A DNA stretch of 64,000 bases from NCBI GenBank assembly GCA_964057225.1, contig OZ059898.1:16802001-16866000 (forward strand). Reading direction: 5' to 3'. Made by a program: the position numbers and the translations under genes. How positions within the stretch are numbered: the stretch's first letter is position 1; every line of letters starts with the position of its first letter. Shown piece after piece: positions 25,301-40,100 of the stretch. The stretch comes from Auanema rhodensis. Lineage: Eukaryota > Animalia > Nematoda. The notes below the pieces were generated by a model, which was given only the letters and a program-made list of their open reading frames with translations, ran no database searches and was not told where the DNA came from.

Positions 25301-27950
25301 CCCTGAAGAAATAATTTTTCGTTGAATAACATTGTCCATCGTCTTTGCCTTGAAAAAAAGAATCTAAAAACATCTACTTTTTGCTAAATTATTTTGAAGT
25401 TTTTCGAAAAAATTTTTGTCAAAATGTTTTTGGAAGCAATGTTGAGTGTACATGGAAACTCAACATACACTAATGCATCATTTTTCAAACGATCATAACT
25501 AATTTTTGTATTAAGCGTTTCTCAATGTAGTATAGTGCATTCGATGCGGATTTTCAAGCTGCGTCGATCTGTGTTATCAGATTTGCGCTAGCTTAAAAAT
25601 GCACCGAGATATCAACTGATATAAGTTCACACTTATATCCTCGATTTTCACCCTGAAGAATTAATTTTTTTGTTGAATAACATTGCCCATCGTCTTTGCC
25701 TTGAAAAAAGGAATCTAAAAACATCTACTTTTTGCTAAATTATTTTGAAATTTTTCGAAAAAATTTTTGTCAAAATGTTTTTGGAAGCAATGTTGAGTGT
25801 ACATGGAAACTCAACATACACTAATGCACCATTTTTCAAACAATCATAACTAATTTTTGTATTAAGCGTTTCTCAATGTAGTATAGTGCATTTGATGCGG
25901 ATTTTTAAGCTGCGTCGATCTGTGTTATCAGATTTGCGCTAGCTTGAAAATGCACCGAGATATCAACTGATATAAGTTCACACTTATATCCTCGATTTTC
26001 ACCCTGAAGAAATAATTTTTTCGTTGAATAACATTGTCCATCGTCTTTGCCTTGAGAAAAGGAATTTGAAAACATCTACTTTTTGCTAAATTATTTTGAA
26101 ATTTTTCGAAAAAATTTTTGTCAAAATGTTTTTGGAAGCAATGTTGAGTGTACATGTAAACTCAACATACACTAATGCACCATTTTTCAAACAATCATAA
26201 CTAATTTTTGTATTAAGCATTTTTCAATGTAGTATAGTGCATTTGATGCGGATTTTTAAGCTGCGTCGATCTGTGTTATCAAATTTGCGCTAGCTTAAAA
26301 ATGCACCGAGATATCAACTGATATAAGTTCACACTTATATCCTCGATTTTCACCCTGAAGAATTAATTTTTTTGTTGAATAACATTGCCCATCGTCTTTG
26401 CCTTGAAAAAAGGAATCTAAAAACATCTACTTTTTGCTAAATTATTTTGAAATTTTTCGAAAAAATTTTTGTCAAAATGTTTTTGGAAGCAATGTTGAGT
26501 GTACATGGAAACTCAACATACACTAATGCATCATTTTTCAAACGATCATAACTAAATTTTGTATTAAGCGTTTCTCAATGTAGTATAGTTCATTTGATGC
26601 GGATTTTTAAGCTGCGTCGATCTGTGTTATCAGATTTGCGCTAGCTTAAAAATGCACCGAGATATCAACTGATATAAGTTCACACTTATATCCTCGATTT
26701 TCACCCTGAAGAAATAATTTTTTCGTTGAATAACATTGTCCATCGTCTTTGCCTTGAGAAAAGGAATTTGAAAACATCTACTTTTTGCTAAATTATTTTG
26801 AAATTTTTCGAAAAAATTTTTGTCAAAATGTTTTTGGAAGCAATGTTGAGTGTACATGTAAACTCAACATACACTAATGCACCATTTTTCAAACAATCAT
26901 AACTAATTTTTGTATTAAGCATTTTTCAATGTAGTATAGTGCATTTGATGCGGATTTTTAAGCTGCGTCGATCTGTGTTATCAAATTTGCGCTAGCTTAA
27001 AAATGCACCGAGATATCAACTGATATAAGTTCACACTTATATCCTCGATTTTCACCCTGAAGAAATAATTTTTTCGTTGAATAACATTGTCCATCGTCTT
27101 TGCCTTGAAAAAAGGAATCTAAAAACATCTACTTTTTGCTAAATTATTTTGAAATTTTTCGAAAAAATTTTTGTCAAAATGTTTTTGGAAGCAATGTTGA
27201 GTGTACATGGAAACTCAACATACACTAATGCATCATTTTTCAAACGATCATAACTAATTTTTGTATTAAGCGTTTCTCAATGTAGTATAGTGCATTTGAT
27301 GCGGATTTTTAAGCTGCGTCGATCTGTGTTATCAGATTTGCGCTAGCTTGAAAATGCACCGAGATATCAACTGATATAAGTTCACACTTATATCCTCGAT
27401 TTTCACCCTGAAGAAATAATTTTTCGTTGAATAACATTGTCCATCGTCTTTGCCTTGAAAAAAAGAATCTAAAAACATCTACTTTTTGCTAAATTATTTT
27501 GAAATTTTTCGAAAAAATTTTTGTCAAAATGTTTTTGGAAGCAATGTTGAGTGTACATGGAAACTCAACATACACTAATGCATCATTTTTCAAACGATCA
27601 TAACTAATTTCTGTATTAAGCGTTTCTCAATGTAGTATAGTGCATTTGATGCGGATTTTTAAGCTGCGTCGATCTGTGTTATCAGATTTGCGCTAGCTTG
27701 AAAATGCACCGAGATATCAACTGATATAAGTTCACACTTATATCCTCGATTTTCACCCTGAAGAAATAATTTTTCGTTGAATAACATTGTCCATCGTCTT
27801 TGCCTTGAAAAAAAGAATCTAAAAACATCTACTTTTTGCTAAATTATTTTGAAGTTTTTCGAAAAAATTTTTGTCAAAATGTTTTTGGAAGCAATGTTGA
27901 GTGTACATGGAAACTCAACATACACTAATGCATCATTTTTCAAACGATCA
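19306..27950. repeat. Imperfect 14-monomer (4910-bp) higher-order duplication
   Basis: TTATTATGAA allele at 19784/24694, 350-bp monomer pairs at 20008/24918, and ORF-type monomers at 21018/25928 and 21720/26630 are all offset by 4910 bp. The second copy later loses one monomer. Ends are approximate. Confidence 0.8.
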
Positions 27951-30900
27951 TAACTAATTTTTGTATTAAGCGTTTCTCAATGTAGTATAGTGCATTTGAT
28001 GCGGATTTTTAAGCTGCGTCGATCTGTGTTATCAGATTTGCGCTAGCTTAAAAATGCACCGAGATATGAACTGATATAAGTTCACACTTATATCCTCGAT
28101 TTTCACCCTGAAGAATTAATTTTTTTGTTGAATAACATTGCCCATCGTCTTTGCCTTGAAAAAAGGAATCTAAAAACATCTACTTTTTGCTAAATTATTT
28201 TGAAATTTTTCGAAAAAATTTTTGTCAAAATGTTTTTGGAAGCAATGTTGAGTGTACATGGAAACTCAACATACACTAATGCATCATTTTTCAAACGATC
28301 ATAACTAATTTCTGTATTAAGCGTTTCTCAATGTAGTATAGTGCATTTGATGCGGATTTTTAAGCTGCGTCGATCTGTGTTATCAGATTTGCGCTAGCTT
28401 GAAAATGCACCGAGATATCAACTGATATAAGTTCACACTTATATCCTCGATTTTCACCCTGAAGAAATAATTTTTCGTTGAATAACATTGTCCATCGTCT
28501 TTGCCTTGAAAAAAAGAATCTAAAAACATCTACTTTTTGCTAAATTATTTTGAAGTTTTTCGAAAAAATTTTTGTCAAAATGTTTTTGGAAGCAATGTTG
28601 AGTGTACATGGAAACTCAACATACACTAATGCATCATTTTTCAAACGATCATAACTAATTTTTGTATTAAGCGTTTCTCAATGTAGTATAGTGCATTCGA
28701 TGCGGATTTTCAAGCTGCGTCGATCTGTGTTATCAGATTTGCGCTAGCTTAAAAATGCACCGAGATATCAACTGATATAAGTTCACACTTATATCCTCGA
28801 TTTTCACCCTGAAGAATTAATTTTTTTGTTGAATAACATTGCCCATCGTCTTTGCCTTGAAAAAAGGAATCTAAAAACATCTACTTTTTGCTAAATTATT
28901 TTGAAATTTTTTGAAAAAATTTTTGTCAAAATGTTTTTGGAAGCAATGTTGAGTGTACATGGAAACTCAACATACACTAATGCACCATTTTTCAAACAAT
29001 CATAACTAATTTTTGTATTAAGCGTTTCTCAATGTAGTATAGTGCATTTGATGCGGATTTTTAAGCTGCGTCGATCTGTGTTATCAGATTTGCGCTAGCT
29101 TAAAAATGCACCGAGATATCAACTGATATAAGTTCACACTTATATCCTCGATTTTCACCCTGAAGAAATAATTTTTTCGTTGAATAACATTGTCCATCGT
29201 CTTTGCCTTGAAAAAAGGAATCTAAAAACATCTACTTTTTGCTAAATTATTTTGAAGTTTTTCGAAAAAATTTTTGTCAAAATGTTTTTGGAAGCAATGT
29301 TGAGTGTACATGGAAACTCAACATACACTAATGCATCATTTTTCAAACGATCATAACTAATTTTTGTATTAAGCGTTTCTCAATGTAGTATAGTGCATTC
29401 GATGCGGATTTTCAAGCTGCGTCGATCTGTGTTATCAGATTTGCGCTAGCTTAAAAATGCACCGAGATATCAACTGATATAAGTTCACACTTATATCCTC
29501 GATTTTCACCCTGAAGAAATAATTTTTTCGTTGAATAACATTGTCCATCGTCTTTGCCTTGAGAAAAGGAATTTGAAAACATCTACTTTTTGCTAAATTA
29601 TTTTGAAATTTTTCGAAAAAATTTTTGTCAAAATGTTTTTGGAAGCAATGTTGAGTGTACATGTAAACTCAACATACACTAATGCACCATTTTTCAAACA
29701 ATCATAACTAATTTTTGTATTAAGCATTTTTCAATGTAGTATAGTGCATTTGATGCGGATTTTTAAGCTGCGTCGATCTGTGTTATCAAATTTGCGCTAG
29801 CTTAAAAATGCACCGAGATATCAACTGATATAAGTTCACACTTATATCCTCGATTTTCACCCTGAAGAAATAATTTTTTCGTTGAATAACATTGTCCATC
29901 GTCTTTGCCTTGAAAAAAGGAATCTAAAAACATCTACTTTTTGCTAAATTATTTTGAAGTTTTTCGAAAAAATTTTTGTCAAAATGTTTTTGGAAGCAAT
30001 GTTGAGTGTACATGGAAACTCAACATACACTAATGCATCATTTTTCAAACGATCATAACTAATTTTTGTATTAAGCGTTTCTCAATGTAGTATAGTGCAT
30101 TCGATGCGGATTTTCAAGCTGCGTCGATCTGTGTTATCAGATTTGCGCTAGCTTAAAAATGCACCGAGATATCAACTGATATAAGTTCACACTTATATCC
30201 TCGATTTTCACCCTGAAGAAATAATTTTTTCGTTGAATAACATTGTCCATCGTCTTTGCCTTGAGAAAAGGAATTTGAAAACATCTACTTTTTGCTAAAT
30301 TATTTTGAAATTTTTCGAAAAAATTTTTGTCAAAATGTTTTTGGAAGCAATGTTGAGTGTACATGTAAACTCAACATACACTAATGCACCATTTTTCAAA
30401 CAATCATAACTAATTTTTGTATTAAGCATTTTTCAATGTAGTATAGTGCATTTGATGCGGATTTTTAAGCTGCGTCGATCTGTGTTATCAAATTTGCGCT
30501 AGCTTAAAAATGCACCGAGATATCAACTGATATAAGTTCACACTTATATCCTCGATTTTCACCCTGAAGAAATAATTTTTTCGTTGAATAACATTGTCCA
30601 TCGTCTTTGCCTTGAAAAAAGGAATCTAAAAACATCTACTTTTTGCTAAATTATTATGAAATTTTTCGAAAAAATTTTTGTCAAAATGTTTTTGGAAGCA
30701 ATGTTGAGTGTACATGGAAACTCAACATACACTAATGCATCATTTTTCAAACGATCATAACTAATTTTTGTATTAAGCGTTTCTCAATGTAGTATAGTGC
30801 ATTCGATGCGGATTTTTAAGCTGCGTCGATCTGTGTTATCAGATTTGCGCTAGCTTAAAAATGCACCGAGATATCAACTGATATAAGTTCACACTTATAT

Positions 30901-31230
30901 CCTCGATTTTCACCCTGAAGAAATAATTTTTTCGTTGAATAACATTGTCCATCGTCTTTGCCTTGAAAAAAGGAATCTAAAAACATCTACTTTTTGCTAA
31001 ATTATTATGAAATTTTTCGAAAAAATTTTTGTCAAAATGTTTTTGGAAGCAATGTTGAGTGTACATGGAAACTCAACATACACTAATGCATCATTTTTCA
31101 AACGATCATAACTAATTTCTGTATTAAGCGTTTCTCAATGTAGTATAGTGCATTTGATGCGGATTTTTAAGCTGCGTCGATCTGTGTTATCAGATTTGCG
31201 CTAGCTTAAAAATGCACCGAGATATCAACT

Positions 31231-34200
31231 GATATAAGTTCACACTTATATCCTCGATTTTCACCCTGAAGAAATAATTTTTTCGTTGAATAACATTGTC
31301 CATCGTCTTTGCCTTGAAAAAAGGAAGCTAAAAACATCTACTTTTTGCTAAATTATTTTGAAGTTTTTCGAAAAAATTTTTGTCAAAATGTTTTTGGAAG
31401 CAATGTTGAGTGTACATGTAAACTCAACATACACTAATGCATCATTTTTCAAACGATCATAACTAATTTTTGTATTAAGCGTTTCTCAATGTAGTATAGT
31501 GCATTTGATGCGGATTTTTAAGCTGCGTCGATCTGTGTTATCAGATTTGCGCTAGCTTAAAAATGCACCGAGATATCAACTGATATAAGTTCACACTTAT
31601 ATCCTCGATTTTCACCCTGAAGAAATAATTTTTTCGTTGAATAACATTGTCCATCGTCTTTGCCTTGAAAAAAGGAAGCTAAAAACATCTACTTTTTGCT
31701 AAATTATTTTGAAGTTTTTCGAAAAAATTTTTGTCAAAATGTTTTTGGAAGCAATGTTGAGTGTACATGGAAACTCAACATACACTAATGCATCATTTTT
31801 CAAACGATCATAACTAATTTTTGTATTAAGCGTTTCTCAATGTAGAATAGTGCATTTGATGCGGATTTTTAAGCTGCGTCGATCTGTGTTATCAGATTTG
31901 CGCTAGCTTAAAAATGCACCGAGATATCAACTGATATAAGTTCACACTTATATCCTCGATTTTCACCCTGAAGAAATAATTTTTCGTTGAATAACATTGT
32001 CCATCGTCTTTGCCTTGAAAAAAAGAATCTAAAAACATCTACTTTTTGCTAAATTATTTTGAAGTTTTTCGAAAAAATTTTTGTCAAAATGTTTTTGGAA
32101 GCAATGTTGAGTGTACATGGAAACTCAACATACACTAATGCATCATTTTTCAAACGATCATAACTAATTTTTGTATTAAGCGTTTCTCAATGTAGTATAG
32201 TGCATTTGATGCGGATTTTTAAGCTGCGTCGATCTGTGTTATCAGATTTGCGCTAGCTTAAAAATGCACCGAGATATGAACTGATATAAGTTCACACTTA
32301 TATCCTCGATTTTCACCCTGAAGAATTAATTTTTTTGTTGAATAACATTGCCCATCGTCTTTGCCTTGAAAAAAGGAATCTAAAAACATCTACTTTTTGC
32401 TAAATTATTTTGAAATTTTTCGAAAAAATTTTTGTCAAAATGTTTTTGGAAGCAATGTTGAGTGTACATGGAAACTCAACATACACTAATGCATCATTTT
32501 TCAAACGATCATAACTAATTTCTGTATTAAGCGTTTCTCAATGTAGTATAGTGCATTCGATGCGGATTTTTAAGCTGCGTCGATCTGTGTTATCAGATTT
32601 GCGCTAGCTTAAAAATGCACCGAGATATCAACTGATATAAGTTCACACTTATATCCTCGATTTTCACCCTGAAGAATTAATTTTTTCGTTGAATAACAAT
32701 GTCCATCGTCTTTGCCTTGAAAAAAGGAATTTCAAAACATCTACTTTTTGCTAAATTATTCTGAAATTTTTCGAAAAAATTTTTGTCAAAATGTTTTTGG
32801 AAGCAATGTTGAGTGTACATGGAAACTCAACATACACTAATGCATCATTTTTCAAACGATCATAACTAATTTTTGTATTAAGCGTTTCTCAATGTAGTAT
32901 AGTGCATTCGATGCGGATTTTTAAGCTGCGTCGATCTGTGTTATCAGATTTGCGCTAGCTTAAAAATGCACCGAGATATCAACTGATATAAGTTCACACT
33001 TATATCCTCGATTTTCACCCTGAAGAATTATTTTTTTCGTTGAATAACATTGTCCATCGTCTTTGCCTTGAAAAAAGGAATCTAAAAACATCTACTTTTT
33101 GCTAAATTATTTTGAAATTTTTCGAAAAAATTTTTGTCAAAATGTTTTTGGAAGCAATGTTGAGTGTACATGGAAACTCAACATACACTAATGCATCATT
33201 TTTCAAACGATCATAACTAATTTTTGTATTAAGCGTTTCTCAATGTAGTATAGTGCATTTGATGCGGATTTTTAAGCTGCGTCGATCTGTGTTATCAGAT
33301 TTGCGCTAGCTTAAAAATGCACCGAGATATCAACTGATATAAGTTCACACTTATATCCTCGATTTTCACCCTGAAGAAATAATTTTTTCGTTGAATAACA
33401 TTGTCCATCGTCTTTGCCTTGAAAAAAGGAAGCTAAAAACATCTACTTTTTGCTAAATTATTTTGAAGTTTTTCGAAAAAATTTTTGTCAAAATGTTTTT
33501 GGAAGCAATGTTGAGTGTACATGTAAACTCAACATACACTAATGCATCATTTTTCAAACGATCATAACTAATTTTTGTATTAAGCGTTTCTCAATGTAGT
33601 ATAGTGCATTTGATGCGGATTTTTAAGCTGCGTCGATCTGTGTTATCAGATTTGCGCTAGCTTAAAAATGCACCGAGATATCAACTGATATAAGTTCACA
33701 CTTATATCCTCGATTTTCACCCTGAAGAAATAATTTTTTCGTTGAATAACATTGTCCATCGTCTTTGCCTTGAAAAAAGGAAGCTAAAAACATCTACTTT
33801 TTGCTAAATTATTTTGAAGTTTTTCGAAAAAATTTTTGTCAAAATGTTTTTGGAAGCAATGTTGAGTGTACATGGAAACTCAACATACACTAATGCATCA
33901 TTTTTCAAACGATCATAACTAATTTTTGTATTAAGCGTTTCTCAATGTAGAATAGTGCATTTGATGCGGATTTTTAAGCTGCGTCGATCTGTGTTATCAG
34001 ATTTGCGCTAGCTTAAAAATGCACCGAGATATCAACTGATATAAGTTCACACTTATATCCTCGATTTTCACCCTGAAGAAATAATTTTTCGTTGAATAAC
34101 ATTGTCCATCGTCTTTGCCTTGAAAAAAAGAATCTAAAAACATCTACTTTTTGCTAAATTATTTTGAAGTTTTTCGAAAAAATTTTTGTCAAAATGTTTT

Positions 34201-37194
34201 TGGAAGCAATGTTGAGTGTACATGGAAACTCAACATACACTAATGCATCATTTTTCAAACGATCATAACTAATTTCTGTATTAAGCGTTTCTCAATGTAG
34301 TATAGTGCATTCGATGCGGATTTTTAAGCTGCGTCGATCTGTGTTATCAGATTTGCGCTAGCTTAAAAATGCACCGAGATATCAACTGATATAAGTTCAC
34401 ACTTATATCCTCGATTTTCACCCTGAAGAATTAATTTTTTCGTTGAATAACAATGTCCATCGTCTTTGCCTTGAAAAAAGGAATTTCAAAACATCTACTT
34501 TTTGCTAAATTATTCTGAAATTTTTCGAAAAAATTTTTGTCAAAATGTTTTTGGAAGCAATGTTGAGTGTACATGGAAACTCAACATACACTAATGCATC
34601 ATTTTTCAAACGATCATAACTAATTTTTGTATTAAGCGTTTCTCAATGTAGTATAGTGCATTCGATGCGGATTTTTAAGCTGCGTCGATCTGTGTTATCA
34701 GATTTGCGCTAGCTTAAAAATGCACCGAGATATCAACTGATATAAGTTCACACTTATATCCTCGATTTTCACCCTGAAGAATTATTTTTTTCGTTGAATA
34801 ACATTGTCCATCGTCTTTGCCTTGAAAAAAGGAATCTAAAAACATCTACTTTTTGCTAAATTATTTTGAAATTTTTCGAAAAAATTTTTGTCAAAATGTT
34901 TTTGGAAGCAATGTTGAGTGTACATGGAAACTCAACATACACTAATGCATCATTTTTCAAACGATCATAACTAATTTTTGTATTAAGCGTTTCTCAATGT
35001 AGTATAGTGCATTTGATGCGGATTTTTAAGCTGCGTCGATCTGTGTTATCAGATTTGCGCTAGCTTAAAAATGCACCGAGATATCAACTGATATAAGTTC
35101 ACACTTATATCCTCGATTTTCACCCTGAAGAAATAATTTTTTCGTTGAATAACATTGTCCATCGTCTTTGCCTTGAAAAAAGGAAGCTAAAAACATCTAC
35201 TTTTTGCTAAATTATTTTGAAGTTTTTCGAAAAAATTTTTGTCAAAATGTTTTTGGAAGCAATGTTGAGTGTACATGTAAACTCAACATACACTAATGCA
35301 TCATTTTTCAAACGATCATAACTAATTTTTGTATTAAGCGTTTCTCAATGTAGTATAGTGCATTTGATGCGGATTTTTAAGCTGCGTCGATCTGTGTTAT
35401 CAGATTTGCGCTAGCTTAAAAATGCACCGAGATATCAACTGATATAAGTTCACACTTATATCCTCGATTTTCACCCTGAAGAAATAATTTTTTCGTTGAA
35501 TAACATTGTCCATCGTCTTTGCCTTGAAAAAAGGAAGCTAAAAACATCTACTTTTTGCTAAATTATTTTGAAGTTTTTCGAAAAAATTTTTGTCAAAATG
35601 TTTTTGGAAGCAATGTTGAGTGTACATGGAAACTCAACATACACTAATGCATCATTTTTCAAACGATCATAACTAATTTTTGTATTAAGCGTTTCTCAAT
35701 GTAGAATAGTGCATTTGATGCGGATTTTTAAGCTGCGTCGATCTGTGTTATCAGATTTGCGCTAGCTTAAAAATGCACCGAGATATCAACTGATATAAGT
35801 TCACACTTATATCCTCGATTTTCACCCTGAAGAAATAATTTTTCGTTGAATAACATTGTCCATCGTCTTTGCCTTGAAAAAAAGAATCTAAAAACATCTA
35901 CTTTTTGCTAAATTATTTTGAAGTTTTTCGAAAAAATTTTTGTCAAAATGTTTTTGGAAGCAATGTTGAGTGTACATGGAAACTCAACATACACTAATGC
36001 ATCATTTTTCAAACGATCATAACTAATTTTTGTATTAAGCGTTTCTCAATGTAGTATAGTGCATTTGATGCGGATTTTTAAGCTGCGTCGATCTGTGTTA
36101 TCAGATTTGCGCTAGCTTAAAAATGCACCGAGATATGAACTGATATAAGTTCACACTTATATCCTCGATTTTCACCCTGAAGAATTAATTTTTTTGTTGA
36201 ATAACATTGCCCATCGTCTTTGCCTTGAAAAAAGGAATCTAAAAACATCTACTTTTTGCTAAATTATTTTGAAATTTTTCGAAAAAATTTTTGTCAAAAT
36301 GTTTTTGGAAGCAATGTTGAGTGTACATGGAAACTCAACATACACTAATGCATCATTTTTCAAACGATCATAACTAATTTCTGTATTAAGCGTTTCTCAA
36401 TGTAGTATAGTGCATTCGATGCGGATTTTTAAGCTGCGTCGATCTGTGTTATCAGATTTGCGCTAGCTTAAAAATGCACCGAGATATCAACTGATATAAG
36501 TTCACACTTATATCCTCGATTTTCACCCTGAAGAATTAATTTTTTCGTTGAATAACAATGTCCATCGTCTTTGCCTTGAAAAAAGGAATTTCAAAACATC
36601 TACTTTTTGCTAAATTATTCTGAAATTTTTCGAAAAAATTTTTGTCAAAATGTTTTTGGAAGCAATGTTGAGTGTACATGGAAACTCAACATACACTAAT
36701 GCATCATTTTTCAAACGATCATAACTAATTTTTGTATTAAGCGTTTCTCAATGTAGTATAGTGCATTCGATGCGGATTTTTAAGCTGCGTCGATCTGTGT
36801 TATCAGATTTGCGCTAGCTTAAAAATGCACCGAGATATCAACTGATATAAGTTCACACTTATATCCTCGATTTTCACCCTGAAGAATTATTTTTTTCGTT
36901 GAATAACATTGTCCATCGTCTTTGCCTTGAAAAAAGGAATCTAAAAACATCTACTTTTTGCTAAATTATTTTGAAATTTTTCGAAAAAATTTTTGTCAAA
37001 ATGTTTTTGGAAGCAATGTTGAGTGTACATGGAAACTCAACATACACTAATGCATCATTTTTCAAACGATCATAACTAATTTTTGTATTAAGCGTTTCTC
37101 AATGTAGTATAGTGAATTCGATGCGGATTTTTAAGCTGCGTCGATCTGTGTTATCAGATTTGCGCTAGCTTAAAAATGCACCGAGATATCAACT
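31231..37194. repeat. Three tandem copies of a 6/5/6-monomer unit (2105, 1754, 2105 bp)
   Basis: Units start at 31231, 33336 and 35090. Each has two GGAAGCTAAA monomers, GTAGAATAG, one 350-bp monomer and one AACAATGTCC monomer. Confidence 0.9.
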
Positions 37195-40100
37195 GATATA
37201 AGTTCACACTTATATCCTCGATTTTCACCCTGAAGAAATAATTTTTTCGTTGAATAACATTGTCCATCGTCTTTGCCTTGAAAAAAGGAATCTAAAAACA
37301 TCTACTTTTTGCTAAATTATTTTGAAATTTTTCGAAAAAATTTTTGTCAAAATGTTTTTGGAAGCAATGTTGAGTGTACATGGAAACTCAACATACACTA
37401 ATGCATCATTTTTCAAACGATCATAACTACTTTTTGTATTAAGCGTTTCTCAATGTAGTATAGTGAATTCGATGCGGATTTTTAAGCTGCGTCGATCTGT
37501 GTTATCAGATTTGCGCTAGCTTAAAAATGCACCGAGATATCAACTGATATAAGTTCACACTTATATCCTCGATTTTCACCCTGAAGAAATAATTTTTTCG
37601 TTGAATAACATTGTCCATCGTCTTTGCCTTGAAAAAAGGAATCTAAAAACATCTACTTTTTGCTAAATTATTTTGAAATTTTTCGAAAAAATTTTTGTCA
37701 AAATGTTTTTGGAAGCAATGTTGAGTGTACATGGAAACTCAACATACACTAATGCATCATTTTTCAAACGATCATAACTAATTTTTGTATTAAGCGTTTC
37801 TCAATGTAGTATAGTGCATTTGATGCGGATTTTTAAGCTGCGTCGATCTGTGTTATCAGATTTGCGCTAGCTTAAAAATGCACCGAGATATCAACTGATA
37901 TAAGTTCACACTTATATCCTCGATTTTCACCCTGAAGAAATAATTTTTTCATTGAATAACATTGTCCATCGTCTTTGCCTTGAAAAAAGGAATCTAAAAA
38001 CATCTACTTTTTGCTAACTTATTTTGAAATTTTTCGAAAAAATTTTTGTCAAAATGTTTTTGGAAGCAATGTTGAGTGTACATGGAAACTCAACATACAC
38101 TAATGCATCATTTTTCAAACGATCATAACTAATTTTTGTATTAAGCGTTTCTCAATGTAGTATAGTGCATTTGATGCGGATTTTTAAGCTGCGTCGATCT
38201 GTGTTATCAGATTTGCGCTAGCTTAAAAATGCACCGAGATATCAACTGATATAAGTTCACACTTATATCCTCGATTTTCACCCTGAAGAAATAATTTTTT
38301 CGTTGAATAACATTGTCCATCGTCTTTGCCTTGAAAAAAGGAATCTAAAAACATCTACTTTTTGCTAAATTATTTTGAAGTTTTTCGAAAAAATTTTTGT
38401 CAAAATGTTTTTGGAAGCAATGTTGAGTGTACATGGAAACTCAACATACACTAATGCATCATTTTTCAAACGATCATAACTAATTTTTGTATTAAGCGTT
38501 TCTCAATGTAGTATAGTGCATTTGATGCGGATTTTTAAGCTGCGTCGATCTGTGTTATCAGATTTGCGCTAGCTTAAAAATGCACCGAGATATCAACTGA
38601 TATAAGTTCACACTTATATCCTCGATTTTCACCCTGAAGAAATAATTTTTTCGTTGAATAACATTGTCCATCGTCTTTGCCTTGAAAAAAGGAATCTAAA
38701 AACATCTACTTTTCGCTAAATTATTTTGAAGTTTTTCGAAAAAATTTTTGTCAAAATGTTTTTGGAAGCAATGTTGAGTGTACATGGAAACTCAACATAC
38801 ACTAATGCATCATTTTTCAAACGATCATAACTAATTTTTGTATTAAGCGTTTCTCAATGTAGTATAGTGCATTTGATGCGGATTTTTAAGCTGCGTCGAT
38901 CTGTGTTATCAGATTTGCGCTAGCTTAAAAATGCACCGAGATATCAACTGATATAAGTTCACACTTATATCCTCGATTTTCACCCTGAAGAAATAATTTT
39001 TTCGTTGAATAACATTGTCCATCGTCTTTGCCTTGGAAAAAGGAATCTAAAAACATCTACTTTTTGCTAAATTATTTTGAAATTTTTCGAAAAAATTTTT
39101 GTCAAAATGTTTTTGGAAGCAATGTTGAGTGTACATGGAAACTCAACATACACTAATGCATCATTTTTCAAACGATCATAACTAATTTTTGTATTAAGCG
39201 TTTCTCAATGTAGTATAGTATATTCGATGCGGATTTTCAAGCTGCGTCGATCTGTGTTATCAGATTTGCGCTAGCTTAAAAATGCACCGAGATATCAACT
39301 GATATAAGTTCACACTTATATCCTCGATTTTCACCCTGAAGAATTAATTTTTTTGTTGAATAACATTGCCCATCGTCTTTGCCTTGAAAAAAGGAATCTA
39401 AAAACATCTACTTTTTGCTAAATTATTTTGAAATTTTTCGAAAAAATTTTTGTCAAAATGTTTTTGGAAGCAATGTTGAGTGTACATGGAAACTCAACAT
39501 ACACTAATGCATCATTTTTCAAACGATCATAACTACTTTTTGTATTAAGCGTTTCTCAATGTAGTATAGTGAATTCGATGCGGATTTTTAAGCTGCGTCG
39601 ATCTGTGTTATCAGATTTGCGCTAGCTTAAAAATGCACCGAGATATCAACTGATATAAGTTCACACTTATATCCTCGATTTTCACCCTGAAGAAATAATT
39701 TTTTCGTTGAATAACATTGTCCATCGTCTTTGCCTTGAAAAAAGGAATCTAAAAACATCTACTTTTTGCTAAATTATTTTGAAATTTTTCGAAAAAATTT
39801 TTGTCAAAATGTTTTTGGAAGCAATGTTGAGTGTACATGGAAACTCAACATACACTAATGCATCATTTTTCAAACGATCATAACTAATTTTTGTATTAAG
39901 CGTTTCTCAATGTAGTATAGTGCATTTGATGAGGATTTTTAAGCTGCGTCGATCTGTGTTATCAGATTTGCGCTAGCTTAAAAATGCACCGAGATATCAA
40001 CTGATATAAGTTCACACTTATATCCTCGATTTTCACCCTGAAGAAATAATTTTTTCATTGAATAACATTGTCCATCGTCTTTGCCTTGAAAAAAGGAATC

